From Isurus oxyrinchus (taxonomy: Eukaryota), in assembly GCA_026770705.1 (NCBI GenBank), contig JANJGN010000021.1:98890001-98954000 (forward strand): 64,000 nt of DNA, in the 5' to 3' direction. The notes under the pieces are model-generated. The model searched no databases. It was given only the letters and a program-made list of their open reading frames with translations, and was not told where the DNA came from. Made by a program: the position numbers and the translations under genes. This document shows, in pieces, positions 24,468-36,905 of the stretch (positions are counted from its first letter, which is position 1; every line of letters starts with the position of its first letter).

Positions 24468-24716
24468 GAAAGCTGTTGAGGAATGGACTAAGGCTGCTGA
24501 CGAGAATCATGTGAAGAGCGTTTGCGGTCCTGGTCTGCTCCTGCCAGTAGTCATCTGCAAAACTGTCAGCCATCCACTGCTGCCTGGGCTCAGCCTTTCT
24601 CAGGGAGCTGTCGTAGTACTGTGTCGGTAGGTCATCCAACATTCCGACCACCGAGAATTCCGGCACGCCAGGGAGGTCCTTGTAGTAGATGAAGAGTTGC
24701 TGAAAGGTGTGGAAGT
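24468..24716 (-). CDS. Gene A exon 2: MHC class I alpha1 domain
   Basis: ttccctcag acceptor, C|GTGAGA donor, 249 nt, phase 1-1. (D)FHTFQQLFIYYKDLPGVPEFSVVGMLDD....YYDS...AEPRQQWM...DYWQEQTR. Confidence 0.9.
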
Positions 24717-24824
24717 CTGAGGGAAAGTCACAGAGAAGAAGCGTGAGCAAGGGGCTGACACAAAACCCTAGATCAGAACGCCAACTCCCTTTGTCTCCTC
24801 GCCTTCAGGAGACGGGCAGGACAT

Positions 24825-25320
24825 AAACACATGAGCAATAGGAACAGGAAGAGACCAAATGGCCTGTTGAGCCTGCTCCACCACCCAATACAATCTTGGC
24901 TAATCCTTGGCCTCATCCCCACCTTCCTGCACACTCCCCATAACCCTTGATTTCCCGAGAAATCAGAAATCTGTTTATCCCAGCCTTAAATGTATTCAAC
25001 AATGGAGCATGCATACCCTCTGGGATAGAGAACTCTAAAGAGTCATAACTTTTTGAGTGAAGAAATTTCTCCTCAGATCAGCCCTAAATGATCATCCCCT
25101 TATCCTGAGACTGTCATCCTGTGTTTTAGACTCCCCATCTGGGGAAACAGCCTCTCAGCATCAACCCTGTCAAATCCCTTCAGAATTTGCATGTTTCATC
25201 TCTCATTCTTCTAAACTCCAGAGATATCAGCCAAATTTACTCAGCCTCTCATCATAGCCCAGCCCTCTCTTCCTGGGGACCAAACAGGTAAACATTTACT
25301 CTGCCAATGCAAGTATGTTT
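24825..25320 (-). mobile_element. CR1 3' fragment
   Basis: Same family as 9085-9525 and 20270-20550. Confidence 0.75.
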
Positions 25321-25393
25321 TTTATTGAGATCAAAACAGCTCTCAAGATTCCAGGTGTGCTCTCAGCAAAGCCCTCTCCAAATGTAGCAAGAG

Positions 25394-27612
25394 TGCGGCA
25401 GGTGGTGAGGGAACCAACAAGAGGGAAAAGCATATCTGAACTCACCTTCACCAACATGCCTACCACAGATGCATCTTTTCATGACAGTATTGCTCACAGT
25501 GACTAACACAGAGTCCTTGTGGAGGCGAAATCCCATCTTCACATTGAGGATACCCTCCATCATGTTGTGTGGCACTACCATCGGGCGAAATGGGATAGAT
25601 TTCAAACAGATCTAACAACTCAAGATTGGGCACCCATGAGGCACTGTGGGCCATCAGCAGCAGCAGGATTGCACTCGAACAACATCTGTAACCTCATTGC
25701 CCAGCATATCCCTTGCTCTACAATTATCACCAAGCCAGGGGATCAGCCCTGGATCAATGAAAAGTGCAGGAGGGCATGCCAGAACCAGGCATACCTAAAA
25801 ATGAGGTGTCAACCTGGTGAAGCTATAACACAGGACTACTTGTGTGCCAAACAGCATAAGCAGCAAGTGATAGACAGAGCTCAGCTATTCTGCAACCAAC
25901 AGATCAGATCTAAGTTCTGCAGTCCTGCCACATCAAGTCATGAATGCTGGTGGACAATTAAACAACTCACTGGAGGAGGCGGCTCCACAAATATCCCCAT
26001 CCTCAATGATGGAGGAGCCCAGCACATCAGTGCAAAAGATAAGGCTGAAGCATTTGCTACAATCTTCAGCCAGAAGATTGAACCATCTCAGCCTCTTCCG
26101 GAGGTCCCTAGCATCACAGATGCCAGTCTTCAACCATTTCAATTCACTCCATGTGATATCAAGAAATGGCTGAAGGCACTGGATACTGCACAGGCTATGG
26201 GCCCTGACAAGATTCCGGCAATAGTACTGAAGACTTGTGCTCCAGAATTTGCTGTGCCCCTAGCCAAGCTGTTTCAGTACAGCTACAACACTGGCATCTA
26301 CCCGGTGATGTGGAAAATTGCTCAGCTATGTCCTGTACACAAAAAGCAGGACAAACTCAGCCCGGCCAATTACTGTCCCATCAGTCTACTCTCCATCATC
26401 AGAAAAGTGATGGAAGGGGTCAACAGTGCTATCAAGTAGCACTTGCTTAGCGATAACCTGCTCATTCATGCCCAGTTTGGGTTCCACCAAGGCCTCTCAG
26501 CTCTTGACCTCATTGTAGCCTTGGTTCAAACATGGGCAAAAGAGCTGAACTCCCGAAGTGAGGTGAGAGTGACTGCCCTTGACGTCGAGGCAGCATTTGA
26601 CCGAGTGTAGCACCAAGGAGCCCGAGCAAAACTGGAGTCAATGGGAATCAGGGGGGAAACTCTTTACGGAGTTGGAGTCATACCTCCTTGTTGGAGGTCA
26701 ATCATCTCAGTTCCAGGACATGACTGCAGGAATTCCTCAGGGCTGTGTCCTTGGCCCAACCATTTTCGGCTAAAACAGTCCATGTCCAAATGCAGCAAGG
26801 CCTGGACAATATCCAGGTTTGGGCTGACAAGTGGCAAGTAACATTCGCACCACACATGTGCCAGGCAATGACCATCTCCAACAAGAGAGAATCTAACCAT
26901 CACCTCCTTGACATTCAATGGTATTACTCTCACTGAATCCCCCACTATCAACATCCTGGGGGTTACCATTGAACAGAAACAGAATTGGACTGGCCATATA
27001 AATATTGTGGCTATAAGAGCAGAGCAAGTCAGAGGCTAAGAATCCTGCAGCAAGTAACTCACCTCCTGACTCCCCAAAGCCTGTCCTCCATCTACAAGGC
27101 ACAAGTAAGGAGTGTGATGGAACACTCCCCAATTGCCTCGATGAGTGCAGCTCCCACAACATTCAAGAAGCTTGACACCATCCAGGACAAAGCAGCCTGG
27201 TTGATTGGCACCCCATCCACAAACATTCACTCCCTCCACTATTGATGCACAGTAGCAGCAGTGTGTACCATTTACAAGATGCACTGCAGGAATTCACCAA
27301 GGCTCCTTCGACATCCACGACCATTACCAACTAGAAGGACAAGGACAGCAGATAGATGGGAACACCATCACCTAGAAGTTCCCCTCCAAGTCACTCACCA
27401 TCCTGACTTGGAAATATATTACTGTTCCTTCACTGTCGCTGGGACAGAATCCTGGAACTCCCTCCTTAACAGCACTGTGGGTGTACCTACACCACATGGA
27501 CTGCAGGGGCTCAAGAAGGCAGCTCACCACCACTTTCTCAAGGACAACTAGAGATGGGCAATAAATGCTGGCCCAACCAACGACGTCCTCATCTCACGAA
27601 TGAATTAAAAAA
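25394..27612 (+). mobile_element. 5'-truncated, degenerate CR1-group LINE (HER1-like; shares its 3' tail with the HE1-like SINE)
   Basis: ORF 25519..26439 contains AMGPDKIP..VLK.CA...PL..LFQ.S...G.YP..WKIA...PVHKK...PANY.PISLLS (N-terminal RT). It has in-frame stops, a deletion over the YADD region near 26770, and an A-tail at ~27607-27613. Confidence 0.9.
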
Positions 27613-28271
27613 AGGACTCCTTTATTCTTGTGCCCCAATCACCTTGCAGTCAGAAGCCTGGCATGGTTCCCGATCCAACTATTACCCAGGAGAGGACTAG
27701 TTGAAGTGCGGACCAGGGAAGCTGAGGGCAGGATGGGGCTGGGCTCTGATGCCCCCTGACAGTGGAACAGTGGGCACAGCAGCCTCTCCAGACCATTGAG
27801 GCAGCTTGGCCCAGGACAAACTTGAGCACAAGGCTTGCAGGCAGCTACAGAAATGCACAGGGGAACTAGGCAGCCACAGTGAGGCTCCAGGCATGTCTGA
27901 ATTGAAAGAGCTAAAACTGGAGGGGAGACAGGAATTGGACTGGACGTTGCCTTCAAGCCAAAGGGTGCTGGGGGTGGTTGGGGGTGGGGTCGGGGGGGGG
28001 AGAGTTTGGCAGTGGTGCGAATGTGGGGTGGGATGGGGTGGCAGGAACTGGTGGGGAAATTGCCTAACCTAGACCCAAGACCTGAAAGATGCCAAACTGG
28101 AACTGAGCTGGGCAGAGGAAGTTTGGTTTTCTCACTTCCCCATCGGCGGTCATAGCAATCTACAGCGGGCCAAAATTTGATCATCACCTGATGAAGGAGC
28201 TGAGCTGAGCACAGCAACTTCATTTAACATCTTGAAGTAATGGGGAAGGCAGAATGTAACATGCCCAAGAA

Positions 28272-28548
28272 CAGCTGCTACTGTGTGTCGGTGGTGGAGG
28301 GAGGGAATGTTTGTGGATGTGGTGCCAATCAAATGGGCAACTTTGTCCTGGATGGTATCAAGCTTCTTGAATGTTATGGGAGCTGCACTCATCCAGGCAA
28401 GTGGGGAGTATTCCATCACACTCCTTACTTGTGCCTTGTAGATGGTGGACAGGCTTTGAGGAGTCAGGAGGTGAGTTACTTGCTGCAGGATTCCTAGCCT
28501 CTGATCTGCTCTGCTCTTACAGCCACAGTATTTATATGGCCAGTCCAA
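28272..28548 (-). mobile_element. Inverted copy of LINE segment 26985-27262
   Basis: Reverse complement aligns to 26985-27262 (DWPYKYCG.KSRA.QRL.ILQQVTHLL in both ORFs). Confidence 0.85.
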
Positions 28549-29090
28549 GCACTCCCTCAGCACTGTCCCTCTGACAGTACACCACTCCCTCAGTTATGAC
28601 CCTCTTATAATGCAGCACTGCCTCAGTACTGACCCTCTGGCAGTGCAAAACTCCCTCAGTACTGACCCTCTGAGAATGCAGCACTCCTTCATTTATGACC
28701 CTCTTACAGTGCAGCACTCCCTCAATACTGACCCTCTGACTGTGCACCACTCCCTCGGTACTGACCCTCTGACAGTGCAGCACTCCCTCACCGCTGAACC
28801 TCTGACAGTGCAGCACTCCCTCGGTACTGACCCTCTGACAGTGCAGCACTCCTTCACCGCTGACCCTCACAGTGCAGCACTCCCTCAGCACAGACCCTCT
28901 TACAGTACAGCACTCCCTCAGTACTGACCCTCTAACCGTGTACCACTCCCTCGGTACTGACCCTCTGACAGTGCAGCATTCCCTCAGCGCTGACCCTCTG
29001 ACAGTGCAGCAATTCCTCAGACTGGCCCTCTGACAGTGCAGCACTTCCTCAGTACTGACCCTCTGACAGTGCAGCACTGCCTCAGCACTG
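28549..29090 (-). repeat. 30-bp SINE-derived minisatellite in intron 1 of gene A
   Basis: Reverse complement of the unit at 12905-13750. Confidence 0.9.
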
Positions 29091-29169
29091 ACTGGCACCC
29101 TGGGATCAGTGCCCATACTCGGCACCACCTCACTGCCATTCAGTTCTCCCCAGCAACTCCTACCCTTAC

Positions 29170-29227
29170 CTGCTTGGACGCCGATTGCAGTGCATAGGGA
29201 CAGCAGGGTGAATCTCAGCCCCGTCAT
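29170..29227 (-). CDS. Gene A exon 1: signal peptide
   Basis: MTGLRFTLLSLCTAIGVQA followed by G|GTAAGG (phase 1), joining alpha1 as VQA-DFHT. In-frame upstream ATGs are possible (MPGMEDWNRH). Confidence 0.85.
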
Positions 29228-29525
29228 GTGTCTGTTCCAATCCTCCATCCCGGGCATCAGGAGGAGCACGAGTCCTGGGAGTGACAAGCAGGGCAGCAGT
29301 GCCTGGAGCTGATTAACACTGCACTCTGGCGCGGGACCCTACAGGTGTCGCCTTTTGGGTCTCTCACTCAGCCCCAGTGTGTCTGACAGTCCGAGCAAGA
29401 CGCTTGGCTCCGCAAGTGCCACCCACCCACCCAGTCCAACAGGGGATTAAGTCCGGTGTGCACCAGCCCAGGGGAAGGACAGCTCAGAATGAACTCCCAA
29501 CGTGCGAGAACTCACACTCTGCTCA

Positions 29526-29569
29526 GAAATATCCCCAGTTCTCTGACTTCCCCAATGGAAGTTACGTCA
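29526..29569 (-). promoter_or_regulatory. Candidate gene A promoter motifs: CRE/X2-like TGACGTAA, inverted CCAAT (Y-like ATTGG), kB-like GGGGATATTTC
   Basis: Clustered within 44 bp, ~300 bp upstream of the ATG. Confidence 0.4.
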
Positions 29570-30060
29570 GTCCCGAGTATGTCAACAGGAGGAACATCTG
29601 GGCCACTCTTCTGAACAGTGCCAAGGGCAGCTGCTTCCTGAAATGTTTTGCAAAAACGCCGAAGGCAGGTTGCAGCGCGTCCTTTGCAGTGGAAAGATCA
29701 GAATGGCTCAGCTTTTCCCAAGTTATGATGCCCAGAGCCTCCCTCCCCCCGGTCACCACACCCGGCACTTGGCAGGGTGCACAGCGCCAGGCTGAAGCAC
29801 CCTACGGCTCTGGCTCTTTCACATCTTTTTTACCCTCCCAATCTTTTTCCACTGCGCCACACCACAATACATATATTTTTAAAGGCTTACAAAGAACCAA
29901 TTCAGGAAATGCTAATAGCTGCATTTCTATTGTTGCGCTAAAAAGCCAATCGTTATTCTGCACCTTACAGTTTTTAAAATTATTGTAATAAAAAGCATCA
30001 TCATGCTCTCAGTAAACCTGTTGGAGTGGTACTGCTTGCACCGCGGTTAGACTTCCACAG

Positions 30061-30192
30061 CTCTGATGAAGAGTCATACAGACTCGAACCGTTAACTCTG
30101 TCTGCCTCTCCACAGTTGCTGTCAGACCTGCTGAGTTTTTCCAACTATTTGTGTTTTTGTTTCAGATTTCCAGCACCGGCAGTATTTTGATT
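30061..30192 (+). mobile_element. Short Penelope-like terminal-repeat insertion with hammerhead motif and 14-bp TSD
   Basis: CTGATGA-A-GAGTC-ATACA-GACTC-GAAC-CGTT-AACT. Direct repeat TTAGACTTCCACAG at 30047-30060 and 30193-30206. Confidence 0.7.
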
Positions 30193-31689
30193 TTAGACTT
30201 CCACAGTCTTTGGTTACAGGGAATGGATTTTATTGTTGAGATAGATTGATGTTTCTAATGTAGCTGAGATGATCAGTCTGAATGCGCTATTTATTTGAAA
30301 CCTTTTTTTTCATCACCATTGGAATCAATACTTGGGAACATTGTTCTAATTCTAAACGTCTTGAACTATGACTTCACTGACAAAATTATAAATAATGGTC
30401 AAGAAATGTGGTAATTCTGAGTTAGGTCGATTTTGATTTCTCTCTATTTCTATCGAACATAACTTCATGCAAGTATTATCTTTATTGCACAGGCAAACTG
30501 TGTATTCTAGCAGAGGCGGCCGGTAATATGCCAAGTACTTGGTTCAGAAATGCAGCTTTCAATAGTTTTACAACAGCCATTTATATATATATAAGGCTTC
30601 TCGGGTAAAGCAATTTGTGGCCTGTCTGTTAGTCAGCAGGAAATTGTTCAAATATTAACAAACACCTTACCACAAATATTAACACTCACCTCACCATGCT
30701 GCTCACTCCAATACCCCTCACTCTTACACCCCTCACTCACCCATCCCTCACTGCTCGACGCCTCACTCCTCCACCTCGCCTCCACCCTTCACTTCTCCAA
30801 CTCTCACTCCTCATCCCCTCACTCCTTCACCCCCATTGCTGTCCCATCACTTCTCCCCCTCACTCCTCCACCCCTTACTCCTCATCCACTCACTCCTCCC
30901 GCCCTCACTCCTGTCCCCACTCCTCTAACCCTCACTCTTCCACCCCTCAGCTTCTAACTGAAGTGTCCCCACTATTGTACCTTCACCCTTGTAAACTGTA
31001 CTCTTCATTCTTGTAGCCCTCACTTAGAAACACCTCACTCCTGTACCACTTTCCTACCCCCTCCTCACTCCTGCATCCCTCACTCCAGTGCCCTATCATC
31101 CTCTGCCAGTTCTGTTGTTTTCACCCTTGTACTCCACCCCACCCTTTCTCACTTGTCTACCTCCCAATCCTGCACCCCGAGATCCTTTGCCTCTGATTGC
31201 TTATTCCCACATCCTTCAATGCTGTTCCTCACACTCACGCAGTCCTCCCTCCTCTCCCTTCACTTTTACTTCTCAATCCTTTACCCTTTCATGTTACCAC
31301 CCCTCACTCCCATATGCCCTCACTCAGCAAAACAATGGTTCCTGCACCCTTCACTCCTTTATCCCATATTTCCGGATCTCTCAATGCTGCTTCCTTCACT
31401 CCGCAACACTCATATAAGAATCCCTCACTCTGGCACGCCTCAATTCCTTACCCCTCACTCCACTACTCTTCTTCCTTTGGCCTTAACTCCTCTACCCTGT
31501 GTCCCTTGCCCCTTAGCTCTGATTTACGGATCCCTCAATCCTTTATTCTTCACACCTGCATCCATCATTCCTCTACCCTGAACTATTCACTCCCATACTG
31601 TTAGGCCCATCACTACAGTGTTCCTCACTCATGGTCCCCTGACTCACACCCCCTCAATTTTGTACCCCACATTTCTAAAGACTGGGATG

Positions 31690-34240
31690 GGAGGAGGGGA
31701 CTGAGCTGATGAGCAGTGTGTTGGGGCGGGGACTGGGAAGTGTATGGGGGTTAATGCGGAGTGCAGAGGCACAGTAGGGTGTTCAGAGTGGGGAGAGTGG
31801 CAGTAGGGTTTGCAGAGTAGGGAAAAGGGTGGGGTTGGGAAATGGGGAGGGGGAAATGGGTGGGTGCAGAGTGGGAAGGGGCAGTGGGGTGGAGAGTGGG
31901 AGCTGCAGTTGGGTAAGTGGCAGTGGATGGTGGTGCATTGTAGAGGGAAGGCAGTGCGGGTGGAGCATGGTGGAATGCAGAGTTGGGGGGGGGTGCATTG
32001 GGGGGAATGCACTGAGCAGCTGACTCTACCCCAAGCTGCTGCTTCCTCTCCTCCATCCAGCCTCAGACAGGCAGGAAACCTGGACAGAGAGAAAAGGGGC
32101 AAAGCAACATGGTGAGGGGCAGTGGGGGAATGCAGTATGAAGAGGTGACAGTGGCAGGGGTGGGGAAGATGCAGTGTGGAGAGGGGGCAGTGATTGGGGG
32201 GGGTTGCAGTGTGGAGAGGGGGCAGTGATAGGGGCGATGCAGTTGGAGAAGGGGCAGTGATGTGGTGATGCAGTGCGGAGAGGGGGCAGTGATGGGGTGT
32301 GATGCAGTTGGAGAAGGGGCAGTGATGGGGGGATCCAGTGCGGAGAGGGGGCAGTGATGCGGTGATGCAGTGCAGAGAGGGAGCAGTGATGGGGGGGTGA
32401 TGCAATTGGAGAGGGGGCAGTGATGGGGGCATGCAGTGCAAAGAGGGGGCAGTGATGGGGGAATGCAGTGCGGAGAGGGGGCAGTGATACGGTGATGCAG
32501 TGCGGAGAGGGGGCAGTGATGCGGTGATGCAGTGCAGAGAGGGAGCAGTGATGGGGGGGTGATGCAATTGGAGAGGGGGCAGTGATGGGGGTGATGCAGT
32601 TGGAGAGGGGGCAGTGATGGGGGCATGCAGTGCAAAGAGGGGGCAGTGATGGGGGGAATGCAGTTGGAGAGGGGCCAGTGATGGGGGTGGAATGCAGTGC
32701 GGAGAGGGGGCAGCGATGGGGGGGGGTGGTTGCAGAGTGGATAGGGGGCATTGTTGGGGATGTTGCAGAGTGGGGAGGCAGCAGTGCAAAGAGGGTTTAG
32801 GAGTTGGGGAGGGGTCAGTGGGTGATGCAGAGTGCGGAGAGGGTGGGGTTGCAGAGTGGGCGGAGCAGTGGGAGAGTGCAGACTGGGGGGGGCAGTGGGG
32901 AGAAATGCAGTGTGGAGGGAGGGCAGGATCAGAGTGCAGGGAGGGCAGTGGGAGGGGTTCAGAGTGGGGGAAGGGCATTGGGGGGCTTCAGAGAGTGAGG
33001 GGAGGGCAGTTGAGGGTGTTGAGTGAGGGGAGGGCAGTTGGGGGGGTTCAGAGTAGGGGGAGGGCAATTGGGGAGGTTTGAAGTGGGGGGAGGGCAATGG
33101 GTGGGGGGTTCAGAGTGGGGGGTGGGCAGTGGGGGGGGGGGGTTCAGAGTGGGGGGGGGTTCAGTGGGGGGAGGGCAGTGGGGGCGAGTTCAGGGTGGGG
33201 GGACGGCTGTGGGGTTTTCAGAGTGAGGGGAGGGCATTTGAGGGGGTTCAGAATGGGGGGGGGGTAATGGGGAGGGGTTCCGAGTGGGGGGCGGGCAGTG
33301 GGGGGTGTTTCAGAGTGTGGGGGGGTTCAGAGTTGGGGGAGGGCAGTGGGGGGGGGGGGGAGGGCTTCAGGGTGGGGGAAGGGCAATGGGGAGATTCAGA
33401 ATAGGGGGAGGGCAGTGGCGGGGGTTCAGGGTGGTGGGGTTCAGAGTGAGGGGAGGGCAATGGGGGGTTCTGAGTGGGGGTGGGTTCAGCATGGGGGGAT
33501 GGCAGTGGGTGGGTTCAGAGTGAGGGGAGGGCAGTTGAGGGGGTTCAGACTGGGGGGAGGGCAATGGGGGGGGGGGTGTTCCGAATGGGGGGCAGGCAGT
33601 GGGGGGTTCAGAATAGGGGAGGTTCAGTGTGGGGGTTCAGGGTGGGGAGAGGGCATTGGGGGGGTTCAGAATAGGGGGAGGGCAGTGGGGGGGGGGTTCA
33701 GGGTGGGGGGAGGGCAGTGGGGGAGTTCCAAGTTGGGTGAGGGGTTCAGAATGGGGGGGCAGTGGGGGGATTCAGAGTAGGGGGAGGGCAGTGGGGGGTG
33801 GGGTTCAGGGTTGTGGGAAATGGGGGTTTCAGAGTGAGGGGAAGGCAGTGGGGGGGATTCAGAGTAGGGGAGGGCAGTGGGGGTGGTTCAGAGTGGGGGG
33901 AGTGCAGTAGGGGGGTTCAGGGTGGGGGGAGGGCAGTGGGGGGGGTTCAGAGTGAAGGGAGGGCAGTTGGAGGGGTTCAAAGTGGGGGTAGGTCAGTGGG
34001 GGGGGTTCAAAGTGAGGGTAGGGCATTGGGGGGGGGTTCAAGGTGGGGGTAGGGCAGTGGGGGGGGTTCAAAGTGAGGGTAGGGCAGTGGGGGGTTCAAA
34101 GTGGGGTTAGGGCAGTGGGGGGGTTCAAAGTGGGGGAGGGTAGTGGGGGGGAGGTTCAGAGTGGGGGTGGGCAGTGCGGGGGGGTAAAGCGGGGGGAGGG
34201 CAGTGGTTAGGGGGGGGCGATTCAGAGTGGGGGGAGGGCA
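31690..34240. repeat. G-rich degenerate minisatellites (GGGGGCAGTGATGGGG..ATGCAGTG.GGAGA; GGGGTTCAGAGTGGGGGGAGGGCAGT)
   Basis: Visible directly. Flanked by C-rich low-complexity tracts at ~30690-31660 and ~34700-35170. Confidence 0.9.
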
Positions 34241-36639
34241 GTCATCAGTCACTTTTCACCAAACAGTAAAAAGCAGAGGCCCTTCAGCCCATTCCATTAT
34301 TCAATTTGACAATGGCTGGTCTGAATCTTCTCTCTATCTGCCCATCTTCATTCTGTATCTCTTCAGAGCCTTTCCCAAGAAAAAAATCCCACTCAGTTTT
34401 ATAATTTTCAAGTGACTCCTCAGCTGCTTCTGGATGAGAAAGGTTCATAATTCCACCATCATTTGAGCAATGCCCTGCTTCCTAACATCACCCTCAAGTG
34501 GCCTAACGTTTTGTGATTCAGTCCATCGACCCGAACTCTCTCTCTCTCTGCTCCTCCCCACTGTTCCCAGCTTTTCACTATTGGGAAAATATTCCGATCT
34601 TCCTCAGGTGAGCCCACACTCTCTCTCACCTCGAGCCTACGATTTGTTCAATCCAATCTCAGAAGGTTGGTCACTTTAAACTCATGACCATCATTTACTG
34701 TTCCCCTGCACCCTCCCCATTTCCCCTCACACCCATATCCCCAATGGCCCCTCTCCATACCACATTCTCCAACCCCACTGTCCCTTCCCCACGCTACACT
34801 TCCCACCCATATCCCCTACCCTGACTGACCCCTCCCCACTATGCACTTCCCCCTTATCCCTTCCCCACCCTCACTGTCCCCACTCCACTCTGCATCTCCC
34901 CCATATCCACTCCCCAACTCTGCACCACCCTCTCTTGACTTCCCAGCCTCCATTCAACAGCCCCATTGGGCACCCCCCTCCATTCCCCTCCCCCACTGCC
35001 TTCTCCCCAGTTCGCACCCCCTTTTATCCCCGCCCTCATCCCTACCTCTGACTCTCCCCTCCCCACTGTGCAACACTCCAATATTCCCTCCCACCCACAC
35101 TGACCATCCCCCTCCCCCCCGCACTCCCCCCTCACTCGCCCCTCCTATCTCCCTCCCAGCCCCCATGTACCCACAATTCCTTCCAATTCACTTCAATCGC
35201 AACAGAATTTTTGATGGTTTTCCCACAGACCAGATTCCCAGTCCAGGCAGAGAGGGAGCTCCCGGAAATACCCAGGAATAACGCAGGATCTGGCTGACGA
35301 GAACCCTCTCACACGCCCAGTTCAGTTCGTTTTCAATATCTCTTTATTTGGTTGCACGTCATTACAAAACAAAGTGAGAAGAACAGTAAAAGACAACAGA
35401 AATCCTGAGTTATAAAAAGGAACTGTATAGGGTTGGGATAAAACAGGAAAATTATGCGCGAGATTCCTGAAGATGTTAGCTTTCCCCACCCTAGCGTTAA
35501 GCACTCTCCCTAAGCATTGACACCCCTCTACCACGATGAGCATTTACCCCTCCAAACATTAACCCCCTCTGAACATTCATCTCCTCTGAAGATTAACCCC
35601 TTCTGAATGTTAACCCCCATGTCAAGCATTAACCACCCTCTGCGAGCATTAACCCCCAACGAGTATTATCCCTTTGGACAATTCACCCTCGGGAGCATCA
35701 ACCCTCTCCGAGCATTTACCACCCAGCCCCCTTTGAGCATTAAAACCCTTTTTTAGGATTAAACCACCAAAGCATTAATCTGCTCTCCAAGTGTCAATCT
35801 GCTCCTTGAGTGTTAACCTGTCCCGCACATTAAGCGCACCCACATTAAGCGTCCCCACCACCAGAATTAGCATATTCTAGATTAACAGTACATATTTACT
35901 CATTGCTGCCAGGAGTTCATGTTGCTGAACTAGTGGATGCACAGTCCCCATCATGAGGTCTGTCAGCACCGATATCCCACCATGTGTTAGATATTCCAGT
36001 GTTAACATGATGCCTGAGGCTCGACCAATTGATGATCTGAATTTGTGGGGGATGTTACAGAGCCTCAGTTAGACCCAGCCCAGAGTTCGCCATGTCGCCC
36101 TGCCGGTGCTTAGAGCCTTGTTTCCGTCACTCTCACTGCATGGAGATGATACCCACCTGACAAACACCCTGGAGTGAGCCAGCCAGGAGGTCAGGCGATC
36201 AATTCAGCCAATGAGGCACAAATACAGAGGTCATGCGGTCATCACTGGCCAATGAAATTACTGCAAGGAATCACTGATCCACTGGGTCATAAGTGGCTCA
36301 AAGCATTGAGCAGGTCATGTGGTCACTGCTGTCCAATCAGATCACTCAGACGAATCAGATCCACCCCCTATTGGATGAGTCAGGTGATCAGATATGGCCC
36401 AGTGAGAATGCTAAGCAGAAGCAAATTGTAAAACTGTGGATCATCACACAGTGCCAGAGTAGAGATCAGTCCGATAGCTGAAGGTGTCCATCTAAACAGA
36501 TCTGTGTCCATGGTGAATGGTTAAAAATCTGGAGTTAAAAGTCTAATAATAACCATGAAACCATTGTTGATTGTTGTAAAAATCCATCTCGTTCAAATCA
36601 GCAAGAGACTAAAATTAGAGATAGAAAAAGGCAGGATTG

Positions 36640-36718
36640 TGTCACAGTGGTGACGTGATGTCACAGTGGTGACGTGATGTCACAGTGGTGAAGTGATATC
36701 ACAGTGGTGAAGTGATAT
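36640..36718. repeat. 19-bp tandem repeat x4 (GTCACAGTGGTGACGTGAT)
   Basis: Visible directly, immediately inside the intron after the gene B stop exon. Confidence 0.85.
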
Positions 36719-36741
36719 TACCTCCTTTCCACCTTCGCCTG

Positions 36742-36905
36742 TTACTTGGTTGAACCCTGGTCTGATTGTTGAAACAGTGGTTGTTGTATACTCTCGGTAA
36801 TTGTATTTGAACTGGGAGCGTCTGCTGGAATTGAAACCAAGGTATCTCCACTGCCTTTTATCTTGTCAACTGGGGAAGATTGCAATGGCTGCTTGCTGTC
36901 AGAAC
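36742..36905 (-). CDS. Gene B cytoplasmic exon 2 with stop
   Basis: ttctgattgttag acceptor. (S)SDSKQPLQSSPVDKIKGSGDTLVSIPADAPSSNTITESIQQPLFQQSDQGSTK*. Donor GAG|GTAATA 20 nt after the stop; AATAAA at 35343-35348. Confidence 0.65.

Noticed and set aside
25519-26439. Host gene or active retrotransposon ORF (306 aa)
   Set aside because: Fragment of a dead LINE ORF2, with downstream stops and the RT catalytic motif deleted.
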